Below, one piece after another: positions 46,540 to 56,200 of a stretch of 64,000 nt of DNA (its first letter is position 1; every line of letters begins with the position of its first letter). Location of the stretch: positions 4,479 through 68,478 of the forward strand of contig JACTTZ010000003.1 in the NCBI GenBank assembly GCA_015660915.1, written 5' to 3'. Origin of the DNA: Methanomicrobia archaeon (GTDB lineage Archaea; Halobacteriota; Bog-38; Methanoflorentales; Methanoflorentaceae). The notes beneath the pieces were generated by a model that made no database searches, had not been told where the DNA came from, and saw nothing but the letters and a program-made list of their open reading frames with translations. The position numbers and the translations under genes are program-made.

Positions 46540-47742
46540 ATGATGAGAGACGAGTATGACGTAATAGTGGTGGGGGCGGGCCCAGCAGGTTCCATCGCTG
46601 CCCAACACGCGGCCGCCCAGTGCGATGTGCTGCTTGTCGAAAAACGACAGGCTATCGGGGAGCCTATAAGATGTGCGGAAGGTGTCCCTCTTTGGCAATC
46701 GCCCATTTTTCCAAAGTCATTTAGCGAATATGTGCAGCCAGATCCAAACTGGATTGCTAGTGAGGTTCGACGAATCCGAGCCACCAGTCCCGATGGCACG
46801 ACTATTGAAGTGTCTTCAGAAACGTTTGGAGTCGACGGGCCGCTTGCCTTTATCATCGAGCGAAAACTCTTCGATCGACAACTTGCCAAAGACGCAGCAC
46901 GGGCGGGGGCCGATATAATGGTGCGCACTCGCGCGTCAGGGCTCATTATTGACGAGAACGTGGTTAAAGGCGTCCGGGCAAACAGGCTTGGTGACGAATT
47001 TGAGCTGACGGCTAAGGTTGTAATCGCTGCAGATGGCTTGGAATCACAAGTTGGTCGATGGGGCGGCATCAATACTTCCCTCGAAGCCAAAGATATCGCG
47101 AGCTGCGCCCAGTATTACGCGGAAAATGTCGACGTATCCCAGGAAACTGTCGACCTCTACTATGGCTCGAATATTGGAGGCGGCTACGCGTGGGTATTTC
47201 CCAAAGGTGACAAAACAGCAAATGTAGGGCTCGCTGTTCCTGGAAGCAGATGCGGTGCTAAGCGGCCAATAGACTATCTTGATGAGTTTGCGGCGAAGCG
47301 CTTCCCTAGTGCTCAGCCTATCGGACTTATACTGGGTGGCATCGCCATCAGCAACGAGCTTCGCACGATCGTGCGAAACGGACTGATGCTTGTTGGTGAC
47401 GCCGCGCACCACACTGATCCACTGACGGGTGGGGGCATTGTCCCAGCGCTGGAGAGCGGGACTATTGCAGGCAAAGTTGCGAGCAAAGCCGTCCGTAAGA
47501 ACGACCCCTCAGAGAGAGTGCTTCGCGAATACCAAACTGAGTATAATCATTCATTTGGCACTATGCGGAGGCTTAGGTACAGTTGCAAGGAGTTGGCCGT
47601 AAGCCTTTCCGATGAAGAAATAAACAGGGTGATGCGGGTACTTAATGGTATCCAACCCGGAGAACTGAGTCTGAAGAGCATTACAATGCGTTTTCTAAGA
47701 AAGGATCCGCGGCTTCTGTTAAAGGCAAGACAACTAGTCTAG
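46540..47742 (+). CDS. geranylgeranyl reductase family oxidoreductase (paralog of 41801)
   Basis: MMRDEYDVIVVGAGPAGS; GGYAWVFPKGDKTANVGL; GDAAHHTDPLTGGGI. The track start at 46429 adds an unlikely 37-aa extension. Confidence 0.8.
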   Translation: MMRDEYDVIVVGAGPAGSIAAQHAAAQCDVLLVEKRQAIGEPIRCAEGVPLWQSPIFPKSFSEYVQPDPNWIASEVRRIRATSPDGTTIEVSSETFGVDGPLAFIIERKLFDRQLAKDAARAGADIMVRTRASGLIIDENVVKGVRANRLGDEFELTAKVVIAADGLESQVGRWGGINTSLEAKDIASCAQYYAENVDVSQETVDLYYGSNIGGGYAWVFPKGDKTANVGLAVPGSRCGAKRPIDYLDEFAAKRFPSAQPIGLILGGIAISNELRTIVRNGLMLVGDAAHHTDPLTGGGIVPALESGTIAGKVASKAVRKNDPSERVLREYQTEYNHSFGTMRRLRYSCKELAVSLSDEEINRVMRVLNGIQPGELSLKSITMRFLRKDPRLLLKARQLV

Positions 47743-48429
47743 CTATTCTTCGTTTTCCCGTTTTCTGCACATTCATATATGTCGCGGGGGTATCAATTGT
47801 CGACTGCGGGCCCTTGATAGGCACAAAAGCGAAAAAAGTTGTTTTCCTGGTTTTGCGGTCGCTTGTGACTGTGACAACAGTTTTCGTGAACTTACGGAAA
47901 CCAAACGTCGTCAGCTAACGCGTAATAATGCAGCTTAGCGCCTTATAGCAACCAAGTGAATTTTCGCGACGTAGTTACGCTTACGTGGGAGTAAGAAAAT
48001 ATTAGCGCGGCAATTCGAAAGTAAGATCTTGACTACTGCCGCGGATGGGGACATTATCGAAATGAACACTAGAATTAAACGTCCTCTTGTTGGCAATAAC
48101 GGCTATTTTTCGAGCTGCAGGCAGGACAAATTAAACCGTGGGACGAGCGAGCGGAACGCGTAGCAAACCTCACTCACAAAACCGCCTGCCGCCATGTGGG
48201 TGCTAAATTTCCGCCTACACTCGTGAGAAATCCAAGGGGGTGAAAGAAAACCCGCCTGCTAGACTACGGCACCTAGCCTCAGCGGAATCGACGGCACACG
48301 ACGGGTATGTCTTCCTCTACAGTTGGGCGCGGATGTGACGCGAGCTTGTTGTCACACTTTCGTACACGTAGGATGCCTCACGCGGCCTAAAGAAACATTT
48401 TTGCGCAGGTTGAAGTGGAGGTGACCGTG

Positions 48430-48576
48430 ATGGTAAACAAGGAACAGACGAAACTTGAACGCGACATTGCCATTATAGAGCAGACGCTTCGTGCGATGAT
48501 CGAGATTGATTCTGCAGTAGCTCAAGCGCCCGCAGATGACACTCGGCAGAGCACCGATTACGCCACACTAATGTAA
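48430..48576 (+). CDS. small ORF (48 aa) translationally coupled (ATGTAATGA) to the downstream 4-Cys protein gene
   Basis: Start and stop are visible; the overlap is suggestive. No motif. Confidence 0.25.
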   Translation: MVNKEQTKLERDIAIIEQTLRAMIEIDSAVAQAPADDTRQSTDYATLM

Positions 48577-48920
48577 TGACCACTGAAAACAGTGTGTGCT
48601 TCTATGGGCTTCGCGTCGGCTGCCCTAGTGCATCGAATCCTAACTGTCGAACGTGCGCAGATCGTTTGACACACGCTGTCAATGAGATGCTGCGCTCGAC
48701 TGGACGTAGTGCTCGAATAAGCAAAAACGCTACCGAACCTCTAATCGATGAAGCCTCAGAACGTCTCACAAAGAAATGGCGTGTCGATCAACTGCGTGAC
48801 AGAGCCCAACTAAACTTCGCGCTGTTGACTGCCCGGACAAGGCTTGCCACTCTGCGCGAGCGGACTCTGACCAGCAGTCTTTCCGAACGTGACATTTTGC
48901 GGTGGCTTGGAGGCCGCTGA
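48576..48920 (+). CDS. small 4-Cys protein (paralog of 38160-38333) with an Arg-rich C-terminal tail
   Basis: CFYGLRVGCPSASNPNCRTCADRLTHAVN. Confidence 0.4.
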   Translation: MTTENSVCFYGLRVGCPSASNPNCRTCADRLTHAVNEMLRSTGRSARISKNATEPLIDEASERLTKKWRVDQLRDRAQLNFALLTARTRLATLRERTLTSSLSERDILRWLGGR

Positions 48921-49314
48921 AGCTGTAGTATTGTGTGACTCGTGATTGACAAGGGTGCGTAGCCACCTCAAGTAAAGTCATCCCAGTGCTTCTTGTCCTA
49001 ATGACCAAGCGGCTATCTGCCGTAGTCACGAGAAACAAGCAATTTATCAACAACTTTTTCCCTAGGACAGCCTCCTTATTGCAAATCGCAAACATGTCCT
49101 TTTATAGGTAGACTCTAAGATCTTTTAGTCCATAGTCACATCAAGAGTGGCCTGGAACGCACATGCGTTGTCTGCAACAATGAAGCGTGTTGAACGACGA
49201 CGTTTGGTGTGGGTGGCCGTGAGCGATCCTCGACGGGCACCTTAAACCTGCGAAAGCCGAATAAGATCTCTAATCGCGGAAAAAACCGCAAAATTGTGAA
49301 ATAAGGGTGAAAGT

Positions 49315-50877
49315 ATGCCAACCGGAATTGTGCTTGGCGGCGGGGGAACGCTAGGCGATTTTCAAGTCGGAGTTTTGAAGTACCTCTACAAGAAGGGCGT
49401 TCTGCCACATATCAAATGTGTCTGCGGCACGTCAATTGGCGCAATCAACGCTGCGATAATCGCAACGGGTGACGGGTGCACCGCAAGACTCGAAAAGTAC
49501 TGGGAGGAGGACGTAAACTCCCGCGTGGACCTAATTCCGCAGCACGAATGGTCAGACACCTTAGGCCCTCTGCTGGAAGCGATCTTTCGGGGCGTGGTTG
49601 GTTCGTGGGTGTACGCGATGGGCTGTCTTGCGCTCGACTCAGAGCACACATTCAGCGACTTTAGGGGCGCAATCAAGGACATGGAAGAAATGTTCGAGCT
49701 TGCTCGCAAGCAACGTGCGCTTTACTCAGCGGAGCTTCTCGAAAAAAAGATGTATGATGATACGCAAGATCTCGACAAAGCCCTGAAATCAGATATAGCA
49801 CTGCGCATTTACGCAACAGACCTTAAAACGGGGGCTTGCACGTGTTTCCACAACAAAGCTTGCAAAATCGATCCTGAGAAGAAAAGGGGAGGTCGTAAAG
49901 AATACGTCCTTTGCGACTCGCGCGAGAAGCTCGTCAAGGCCGCCCTAGCCTCTTCAGCGATTCCAGGGATATTTTCTCCCGCCGAGGTGGACTGCAACTG
50001 GTATATCGACGGTTCGGCCCGAGAAGTCGTCCCTGTCGCGGGGGCGGTCGAGTGCGAGGCCGATGAGATCTATGCCATTCTCTGTCTGCCTCGTCTCACT
50101 CCGGGGGAAGACTCAGTTGTGGATTACGCGACCGAGGACTGGAGCACGAGCAGCGTTTTCGACATCCGCACTGAGGACTTTAGCACGAATTGCATGGATT
50201 GGAGCAGCAAGGGGGATCGTGATTTGATCGACATAGCAAACCGCACAGCAGCAATTGTGTTAGATGAGCTCACCACCGGCGATCTTGAAGCTGCGAAGCA
50301 AAGCGATAAGCCAATCAAATGTCTGAAAGTCATCGACCCCCTAGTCCCCGTTCACGGATTTGCACAGTTGAATATCGGCCTTTTGAAAATCAACATCGAC
50401 CAGGGCCACATGCGCGCTTTCGATGAGCTAGACGCCCCAAAAGCTGAGCGCAAGCGATGTAAGCAGCTGACGAAAGAGATAACGTCTCGACGGGTTGCCA
50501 TCTGGCGAGACGAACACAAACTCATCGAACAATGGGCGCAAGCGACGAAGCAGTGGCCGCTTAAGGGATTATATCCGATGCGGATCCTCTGCTTACCACT
50601 TATGCTATGCGGTTGGGACGAAATCGGCGCAGTGGACACAACGATTCTGTCGGAGATCCGCAGGCAAAAGAAAGAACTGAAGCGATTTGCCGAAGAAAGA
50701 CTGAAACTTGTTGGAATTACGTCGCTACCTGAAAACTATAAGGATATTTACCGAAATTGGGAACCGCACGACTTGCACCACGAGATGGAAGACATACCGC
50801 TCCCGCGAACTCCGTGGGATCGCCTCGACCTCGGCCGCTTGGGCACTGAGGTGATTCCCAAAGAAGAGCTGCCGTAG
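49315..50877 (+). CDS. patatin-like phospholipase with a long C-terminal extension
   Basis: GGGGTLGDFQ (oxyanion GGxR/K-like), GTSIGA (GxSxG nucleophile), and DGS/DGG Asp of the dyad. The patatin domain is about 250 aa, followed by an unrelated region of about 270 aa. Confidence 0.7.
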   Translation: MPTGIVLGGGGTLGDFQVGVLKYLYKKGVLPHIKCVCGTSIGAINAAIIATGDGCTARLEKYWEEDVNSRVDLIPQHEWSDTLGPLLEAIFRGVVGSWVYAMGCLALDSEHTFSDFRGAIKDMEEMFELARKQRALYSAELLEKKMYDDTQDLDKALKSDIALRIYATDLKTGACTCFHNKACKIDPEKKRGGRKEYVLCDSREKLVKAALASSAIPGIFSPAEVDCNWYIDGSAREVVPVAGAVECEADEIYAILCLPRLTPGEDSVVDYATEDWSTSSVFDIRTEDFSTNCMDWSSKGDRDLIDIANRTAAIVLDELTTGDLEAAKQSDKPIKCLKVIDPLVPVHGFAQLNIGLLKINIDQGHMRAFDELDAPKAERKRCKQLTKEITSRRVAIWRDEHKLIEQWAQATKQWPLKGLYPMRILCLPLMLCGWDEIGAVDTTILSEIRRQKKELKRFAEERLKLVGITSLPENYKDIYRNWEPHDLHHEMEDIPLPRTPWDRLDLGRLGTEVIPKEELP

Positions 50878-51239
50878 ACCCGCACGCGCGAGACGCTCTG
50901 AGCTAGGACGCAAGAGTTGATAGTTATGCGACCGAGTCTGCGTCTGCGCGCCGAAACGCGTTCGCACGCGGGCCGAGATGCTCGCAAACGACTCTCGTCG
51001 GCACGCCCGTAGCCTATGAGCGCTAGAATTCGCTGCCGTTGTCGTAACTCTTGCTTCGCTGAAGGAAATGTGAGAGAATGCTCAGATCAAATTGGACGCA
51101 AAAGACGATGCTGGTGAAACCCGCTTGCGATCCCTCACGGTCTCGGATCACAAGTCGAGCAGCAGAATCAGATGCTCAACAACGGAAAACGCCCGCCGTC
51201 CGAACGGCCCTCTTCCGTCGACAGTTATAGCGGGACAAA

Positions 51240-51842
51240 ATGACGCGCACCGTGCTTAAGGTCGGAGGCAGTCTACTCGCAGTCTCCAAAGAGTTGATTG
51301 ACTACTTGATAGAGGCTCACGTGAACGCAGTAGTGGTACCCGGCGGGGGGCCATTTGCACAGACGGTCCGACGCTATGCGGATCGCACCAACGAGACTGC
51401 CGCCCACTGGATGGCAGTTCTCGCAATGAATCAGTATGGATTCTATATGGCAGCTCCAGGAGCGACACTAGTCGAGAAGCTGAGCGCGCTTGAACACGGA
51501 ATTTGCATTTTTTTACCTTTCAAGATGTTATACGACAAAGATCCGCTGCCCCACTCTTGGAATGTCACCTCCGACTCCGTCGCTGGCTGGGTTGCCCACG
51601 AGCTCAAGGCCAATCTCGTGATAGCGACGGACGTCGACGGAATCGTTTTTTCCAATAAGTTGGTTTCGCGTGTTTCGGCGAGCGAACTCAGGGCGCAAAC
51701 GTGCGTCGATGCGTTTCTGCCGCAGCTCTTGGCTATCCACAACCGAGATTGCACGATCGTGAATGGTCATCACTTTCAACGTGTCGTCGCCGCGATTCAG
51801 GGACGCGAAACGGTCGGCACGACGATTATCGGACGAAAGTAG
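51240..51842 (+). CDS. amino-acid-kinase-family protein (MfnE-like small kinase)
   Basis: LKVGGSLL N-terminal motif and VVVPGGG. About 200 aa, matching the short archaeal AAK-family kinases. Confidence 0.5.
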   Translation: MTRTVLKVGGSLLAVSKELIDYLIEAHVNAVVVPGGGPFAQTVRRYADRTNETAAHWMAVLAMNQYGFYMAAPGATLVEKLSALEHGICIFLPFKMLYDKDPLPHSWNVTSDSVAGWVAHELKANLVIATDVDGIVFSNKLVSRVSASELRAQTCVDAFLPQLLAIHNRDCTIVNGHHFQRVVAAIQGRETVGTTIIGRK

Positions 51843-51931
51843 TTAATAAAGGTCCTTGCTCTATAGAGTAGAAGCAACCTTTACTGGCGATTCTCACTAA
51901 TCATAGAAACGCGACCGGAGACGATGAAAAC

Positions 51932-52087
51932 ATGGAAAAGACGTGTATATCGTGCGGTGCACGGATGGCCAAGGACAGCGGCATATCGTACCCGTGCCCC
52001 TCGTGCGGAGAGATCATCACGCGATGCAAGAAATGTAAGAAGCTGAGCAATCCGTATCGATGCACGTGTGGTTTCGGAGGCCCTTAA
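51932..52087 (+). CDS. small zinc-ribbon protein (51 aa) upstream of EF-1beta
   Basis: Two CxxC pairs (CISCG ... CPSCG ... CKKCKK ... CTCG). Its stop abuts the EF1B start. A conserved archaeal arrangement. Confidence 0.5.
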   Translation: MEKTCISCGARMAKDSGISYPCPSCGEIITRCKKCKKLSNPYRCTCGFGGP

Positions 52088-52357
52088 ATGGGGGAAGTAG
52101 CAGTACAGCTTAAGATAATGCCAAACGGCCCTGACGTTGATCTGAAAGGTCTCAGCAGTCGAATTACTTCTCAGGTCGCGCCGTACGGACGACTGTACAG
52201 CTGCGAGGTGCAACCCATCGCGTTTGGACTCAAGGCGTTGATGCTCACGGTTATCGTTGAAGACAAAGAAGGCGGAACTGAAGCTTTAGAAGCCTCCATA
52301 TCGGAAATCAACGAGGTAGAAAGCGTTCAAGCCGGCGCCGTGACCAGAATGCTGTGA
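52088..52357 (+). CDS. ef1b: translation elongation factor aEF-1beta
   Basis: Family N-terminus M.EVAVQLKIMP... Confidence 0.8.
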   Translation: MGEVAVQLKIMPNGPDVDLKGLSSRITSQVAPYGRLYSCEVQPIAFGLKALMLTVIVEDKEGGTEALEASISEINEVESVQAGAVTRML

Positions 52358-52387
52358 CGTGTGGCCGACCGCGCCTGTACGCAGCAA

Positions 52388-52471
52388 TGCACCGACCGGG
52401 ATTCGAACCCGGGTTGTGGGCTTTCTTCACGCGTTGGAAGGCCCAAGTCATAACCGCTAGACCATCGGTGC
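52388..52471 (-). tRNA. tRNA-Gly(UCC) with a 12-nt intron 3' of the anticodon
   Basis: Manual fold: acceptor GCACCGA/TCGGTGC, anticodon arm TGGGC-CUUCCAA-GCCCA, T-arm CCGGG-TTCGAAT-CCCGG. TATA-like ATTAATATA about 30 nt upstream. Confidence 0.7.
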
Positions 52472-52521
52472 GCGACGCAAAACTACTTTAACAGAACGTA
52501 TATTAATGCTTTGCACGACGT

Positions 52522-52830
52522 GTGCGGAAAATGTCCCGACGAAGGAAGAGAAAGGCGTTTATTAACGACATCGTTTTGCAACGTGTAGAGCGTCTCTTCG
52601 ACGCGGCTTTCGTCGAGTTTCCCGCTCACACGCAAAGAAGTGATCGCTACGTTGAGCTAGCTCGGAAGCTAGCAATGAAGCACAGGGTGCCTCTCGGAAA
52701 GACGTACAAAATGCGTTTTTGCAGAAGTTGCGGGGCATATTTCGTATACGGAACGAATGCACGCGTTCGCATAAAAGACAAGCGAACGGTTATCACATGC
52801 TTGAGGTGTCACGACCTAAGGCGCTATTGA
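52522..52830 (+). CDS. rnp4: RNase P protein component Rpp21/Rnp4
   Basis: Basic N-terminus and C-terminal CxxC...CxxC zinc ribbon in the Rpp21 arrangement. Confidence 0.7.
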   Translation: MRKMSRRRKRKAFINDIVLQRVERLFDAAFVEFPAHTQRSDRYVELARKLAMKHRVPLGKTYKMRFCRSCGAYFVYGTNARVRIKDKRTVITCLRCHDLRRY

Positions 52831-52848
52831 ATAAGGGTTCACCACCAG

Positions 52849-53163
52849 ATGACCAGAAGAAGCGAGACGCAAAAACTCAAGGCGCTCTCCATGGAGCTCG
52901 TCCCGACGCTTTGGGTCGGCAAGAATGGCGCGAATGAGGCAATCGTGCACGAGCTGCAGGAGCAACTCAAGCTACGCAAGATGGTCAAAGTGAGGATCCT
53001 TAGGACTGCGTTGTTCGAATCAAGTCGCGATGAGATCGCGCATGAACTTGGGCAAGCGTCGGGTGCGCAGTTGGTCGATTTAAAAGGCGCCACCGCCGTG
53101 TATCTTTCGCCGTACCGCGTCAAAAAGACGCCGAAAAACAGCTTCGCGCATCAGAGAAAATGA
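52849..53163 (+). CDS. YhbY/CRS1-type RNA-binding domain protein
   Basis: LVPTLWVGKNG...V.ELQEQLK..KMVKVR pattern of the CRM domain. Confidence 0.5.
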   Translation: MTRRSETQKLKALSMELVPTLWVGKNGANEAIVHELQEQLKLRKMVKVRILRTALFESSRDEIAHELGQASGAQLVDLKGATAVYLSPYRVKKTPKNSFAHQRK

Positions 53164-53223
53164 TATAAGTAAAAAAGACGTAAAGTCGCTCATTCCAGCA
53201 AGAAGTCTAATTTTGGAGATTAA

Positions 53224-53643
53224 ATGACCACATTGTACGATGTTTCCGCAAGCAAACTTATCGAACTGACCGCAACGAAGCTAAAGGGTGATGAACGATT
53301 TACGCCCCCAGAATGGGCTGCGTGGGTAAAGACGGGGATGCACAAGGAGCATCCACCACAAAACGATGATTGGTGGTACGTGCGCTGCGCCGCGCTTTTA
53401 AGGCGCATTGCAATCGACGGCCCCGTCGGCACCCAGCGACTCCGCTCAGTCTACGGAGGCAAGACCGACAACGCGTCAAGGCCTGAGCGTTTCGTCAAGG
53501 GCAGCGGTTCAATAATTCGAAAAGCGATGCAGCAGCTCGAAATCGCGGGGTTTGTAAGAACGACCCCGAAAGGCCGCGAGATCTCGTCAGAGGGTCGGTC
53601 GTTCTTAGACAACAGCGCGCACGAGCTCTTACAAAGCGCATAG
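53224..53643 (+). CDS. rps19e: ribosomal protein S19e
   Basis: Family pattern (P.W..WVKTG...E.PP...WWY.R.A..LR.). Confidence 0.8.
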   Translation: MTTLYDVSASKLIELTATKLKGDERFTPPEWAAWVKTGMHKEHPPQNDDWWYVRCAALLRRIAIDGPVGTQRLRSVYGGKTDNASRPERFVKGSGSIIRKAMQQLEIAGFVRTTPKGREISSEGRSFLDNSAHELLQSA

Positions 53644-53664
53644 CCGACGCGGAGCATAATAATT

Positions 53665-53994
53665 ATGGACGATGACCTTGAACAGATACGGAAACGGCGC
53701 CTCGAACAACTCCAAGCGCAGCAGAGCGGTTTGCAAGGGCCGTCCACCGACGAGATAGAGCAAGCACAGGCCCGACGAAGTGCGCTCCTGCGACAGGTGC
53801 TCACGCCAGAAGCGCGCGAACGGCTCAGCAGCATAAGACTTACTCGTCCCGACTTTGCGGACTCCGTTGAGTCACAGCTTCTCGCGCTTTACCAAAGCGG
53901 AAAATTGACCGGACAGATCACCGACGAACAGCTCAAGCAACTTCTCAAACAAATCACCCCCAAGAAACAGAACATACGCATCACGCGCAGATGA
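53665..53994 (+). CDS. PDCD5/TFAR19-like DNA-binding protein
   Basis: LEQIRKRRLEQLQAQ N-terminus and family size. Confidence 0.65.
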   Translation: MDDDLEQIRKRRLEQLQAQQSGLQGPSTDEIEQAQARRSALLRQVLTPEARERLSSIRLTRPDFADSVESQLLALYQSGKLTGQITDEQLKQLLKQITPKKQNIRITRR

Positions 53995-54578
53995 AAGCCG
54001 GCGTTTTGTTCAGCGGGGGCAAAGATAGCGCGCTCGCGGCAGTTCTTCTCAGCCCTTTTGCGCAAATTGAACTTGTAACGATGTCCTTCGGAATCGTGCC
54101 GAACGACGCAGCTGCAGTGGCGCGCGCACTCGGGTTCCCCCACGTAACGATCGGCCTCGAACAAGAACTCGCAAAGACGTCCGTCGATGCGATGATCAAG
54201 GACGGGTACCCCAACAGGGGCATCAATCAAGTGCACCAAACGGCGCTTGAACGTGCATCGGAACGCTATCACTTTGTGGCTGATGGCACGCGCCGCGACG
54301 ACAAGGCTCCGCTCTTGACCTTGCGGGAGGCGCGAAGTCTGGAGGATCGCTTGCGCGTCGACTACGTCAGGCCACTGCTCGGTTATGGACGACGGGCGAT
54401 TGACGCTCTTGCCGCGGAGCATCTCGAGGTCATCTACGGCGAGTGTATCTCGTTCGACTATGAAGTCGAACTGAGGCAACTTATGGCGATTTCGTACGGC
54501 CACGAAGCTGTGAATCGCGTTTTCCCGAAAAAGCATCTCCAATCGAAGGTCACAAAACGAAAAAACGCGTTTTTCTGA
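53991..54578 (+). CDS. PP-loop ATP pyrophosphatase (diphthine--ammonia ligase Dph6-like)
   Basis: LFSGGKDS PP-loop at the N-terminus. Confidence 0.6.
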   Translation: MKAGVLFSGGKDSALAAVLLSPFAQIELVTMSFGIVPNDAAAVARALGFPHVTIGLEQELAKTSVDAMIKDGYPNRGINQVHQTALERASERYHFVADGTRRDDKAPLLTLREARSLEDRLRVDYVRPLLGYGRRAIDALAAEHLEVIYGECISFDYEVELRQLMAISYGHEAVNRVFPKKHLQSKVTKRKNAFF

Positions 54579-54687
54579 GCATTGGGGGCGTAAACAATTA
54601 TTAACGATGAGCGGGTATAGGCTACTCTGATCGGAATATGTTTAAAGTGCCGAGCAACCCAACGACTTCAGCCACAGAGGGACTGCA

Positions 54688-54840
54688 ATGAGCAAAGTAA
54701 CAAAAGGGAAGAAGAAGCGGCTCGCGAAAGCGACAAAGCAGAACAGACGTGTGCCAGCGTGGGTGATTGTACGGACAAACCGCACCGTAAACACCCATCC
54801 GAAGAGAAGGCATTGGAGACGCAGTAACCTTAAGGTGTGA
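54688..54840 (+). CDS. rpl39e: ribosomal protein L39e
   Basis: [32 protein letters not shown]...; 50 aa (below the ORF-track cutoff). Confidence 0.8.
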   Translation: MSKVTKGKKKRLAKATKQNRRVPAWVIVRTNRTVNTHPKRRHWRRSNLKV

Positions 54841-54846
54841 TCGTTC

Positions 54847-55128
54847 ATGGCGAAAGACACGAAAATAGAGGAAGAGCGTGTGTACACCATACCACTGAGA
54901 GGAGTAAAACACACGCCCAGGTGGAGACGCAGCAAGAAGGCGATGTCAGAAATTCGCCAGTATCTCGCCCATCATTTGAGCGCGGAGCCAGACAAAGTTA
55001 AACTCGACCGATCGATCAATGAGAGAGTTTGGGAAAGGGGCTCGAGCAATCCGCCGAACAAGATCACTGTGCGAGCAATGAAATTCGACGACGGCATCGT
55101 CGAGGCAGAACTCGCGACCGAATCGTAA
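54847..55128 (+). CDS. rpl31e: ribosomal protein L31e
   Basis: Family pattern (ERVYTIPLR...). Confidence 0.8.
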   Translation: MAKDTKIEEERVYTIPLRGVKHTPRWRRSKKAMSEIRQYLAHHLSAEPDKVKLDRSINERVWERGSSNPPNKITVRAMKFDDGIVEAELATES

Positions 55129-55170
55129 GCGAGCGTACCGACCAGCAAACGTACGTCTCGAGGCTGCAAC

Positions 55171-55839
55171 GTGGTCAAGCGCATCACTTTAGGCGGAAGT
55201 GCCGTGCTCGGCGTTTTTGGGACGTGTACAGAAGACTTCTTGCTCACTGCGCCGCCAACGACCGATGAAGAGCAGCTAAACTTCTCACAGGAACTAGAGG
55301 TGCTCACTGTCCCGCTTCTCGTAGGCTCGAGTTCGGTTGTCGGGTCGCTCGTGGCTGGAAACTCGAACGGATTTGTTGTTTCCGGTATTGCAATGAGACA
55401 TGAAATAGCGCTACTCGAAGCACGTGCCGAAGGCTTGAACGTGCGAAAGCTCCCTGGGAGAATCAATGCGGCAGGAAACGTCATCCTCACAAACGACACC
55501 GCAGCGCTGATACACCCCGGCTTGATCGCTCGCGCTGAGCGGGTCATTTCCGAGACCTTAGGTGTAGACGTGCAGCGCGGAACGGTAGCCAGCTTAAAAA
55601 CGGTCGGTATGGCTGCGTGCGCCACCAACAAAGGCGTTTTAGCGCATCCAAAGGCGACGGAGGGTGAGCTATCGGAAATGGACGAGACGTTTGGCGTTCC
55701 TGTCAACATCGGCACCGTGAACTACGGCTCCCCGTTAGTAGGTTCTGCACTCCTCGCGAACACGAAGGGCTACGTCGTCGGTCACGAGAGCACAGGAATC
55801 GAGCTCGGACGGATCGAGGACTCATTAGGGTTTCTGTAA
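55171..55839 (+). CDS. eif6: translation initiation factor 6 (aIF6)
   Basis: Pentameric repeat pattern of the eIF6 family (ITLGGSAVLGVF...). Confidence 0.85.
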   Translation: MVKRITLGGSAVLGVFGTCTEDFLLTAPPTTDEEQLNFSQELEVLTVPLLVGSSSVVGSLVAGNSNGFVVSGIAMRHEIALLEARAEGLNVRKLPGRINAAGNVILTNDTAALIHPGLIARAERVISETLGVDVQRGTVASLKTVGMAACATNKGVLAHPKATEGELSEMDETFGVPVNIGTVNYGSPLVGSALLANTKGYVVGHESTGIELGRIEDSLGFL

Positions 55840-55968
55840 ACCGTCAAAAGCACCTAGCATCCACTGCGCCACGTGGTTTGGATACCTATTTAACCGATAA
55901 CCTCGCGAATAACTCAGTGATCAAGTGAGTGCTCGACGCGAGCATGTCAGCCTCATACGCAGACGCCA

Positions 55969-56196
55969 ATGGCGTACAAAACGCCCCTATTGATGGATGA
56001 TTTAAGCATGGAAAGAAAAACCTTTCAAATAATAGGTTCCTTCAAAGCAGGACGTTCGTGGGAACGCTTTACAAAAGAAGTCTCGAGCAACAACGAGAAA
56101 AATGCCGCCGAAAAGCTCTATTCGCTCATTGGAAGCGAGCACGGCTTGAAGCGGAACCTTATTCGAATTGAATCTATTGAAGTTGAAAACGAGTGA
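55969..56196 (+). CDS. rplX: ribosomal protein LX (L18Ae)
   Basis: Size, and position between eIF6 and prefoldin alpha. Confidence 0.65.
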   Translation: MAYKTPLLMDDLSMERKTFQIIGSFKAGRSWERFTKEVSSNNEKNAAEKLYSLIGSEHGLKRNLIRIESIEVENE

Positions 56197-56200
56197 TATC

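Noticed and set aside
46467-47090. 207-aa minus-strand ORF
   Set aside because: Antisense shadow of the geranylgeranyl reductase gene 46540-47742.
54972-55715. 247-aa minus-strand ORF
   Set aside because: Antisense to the well-supported L31e/eIF6 genes. Ser/Thr/Ala/Pro-rich low complexity, typical of a shadow ORF in GC-rich coding DNA.
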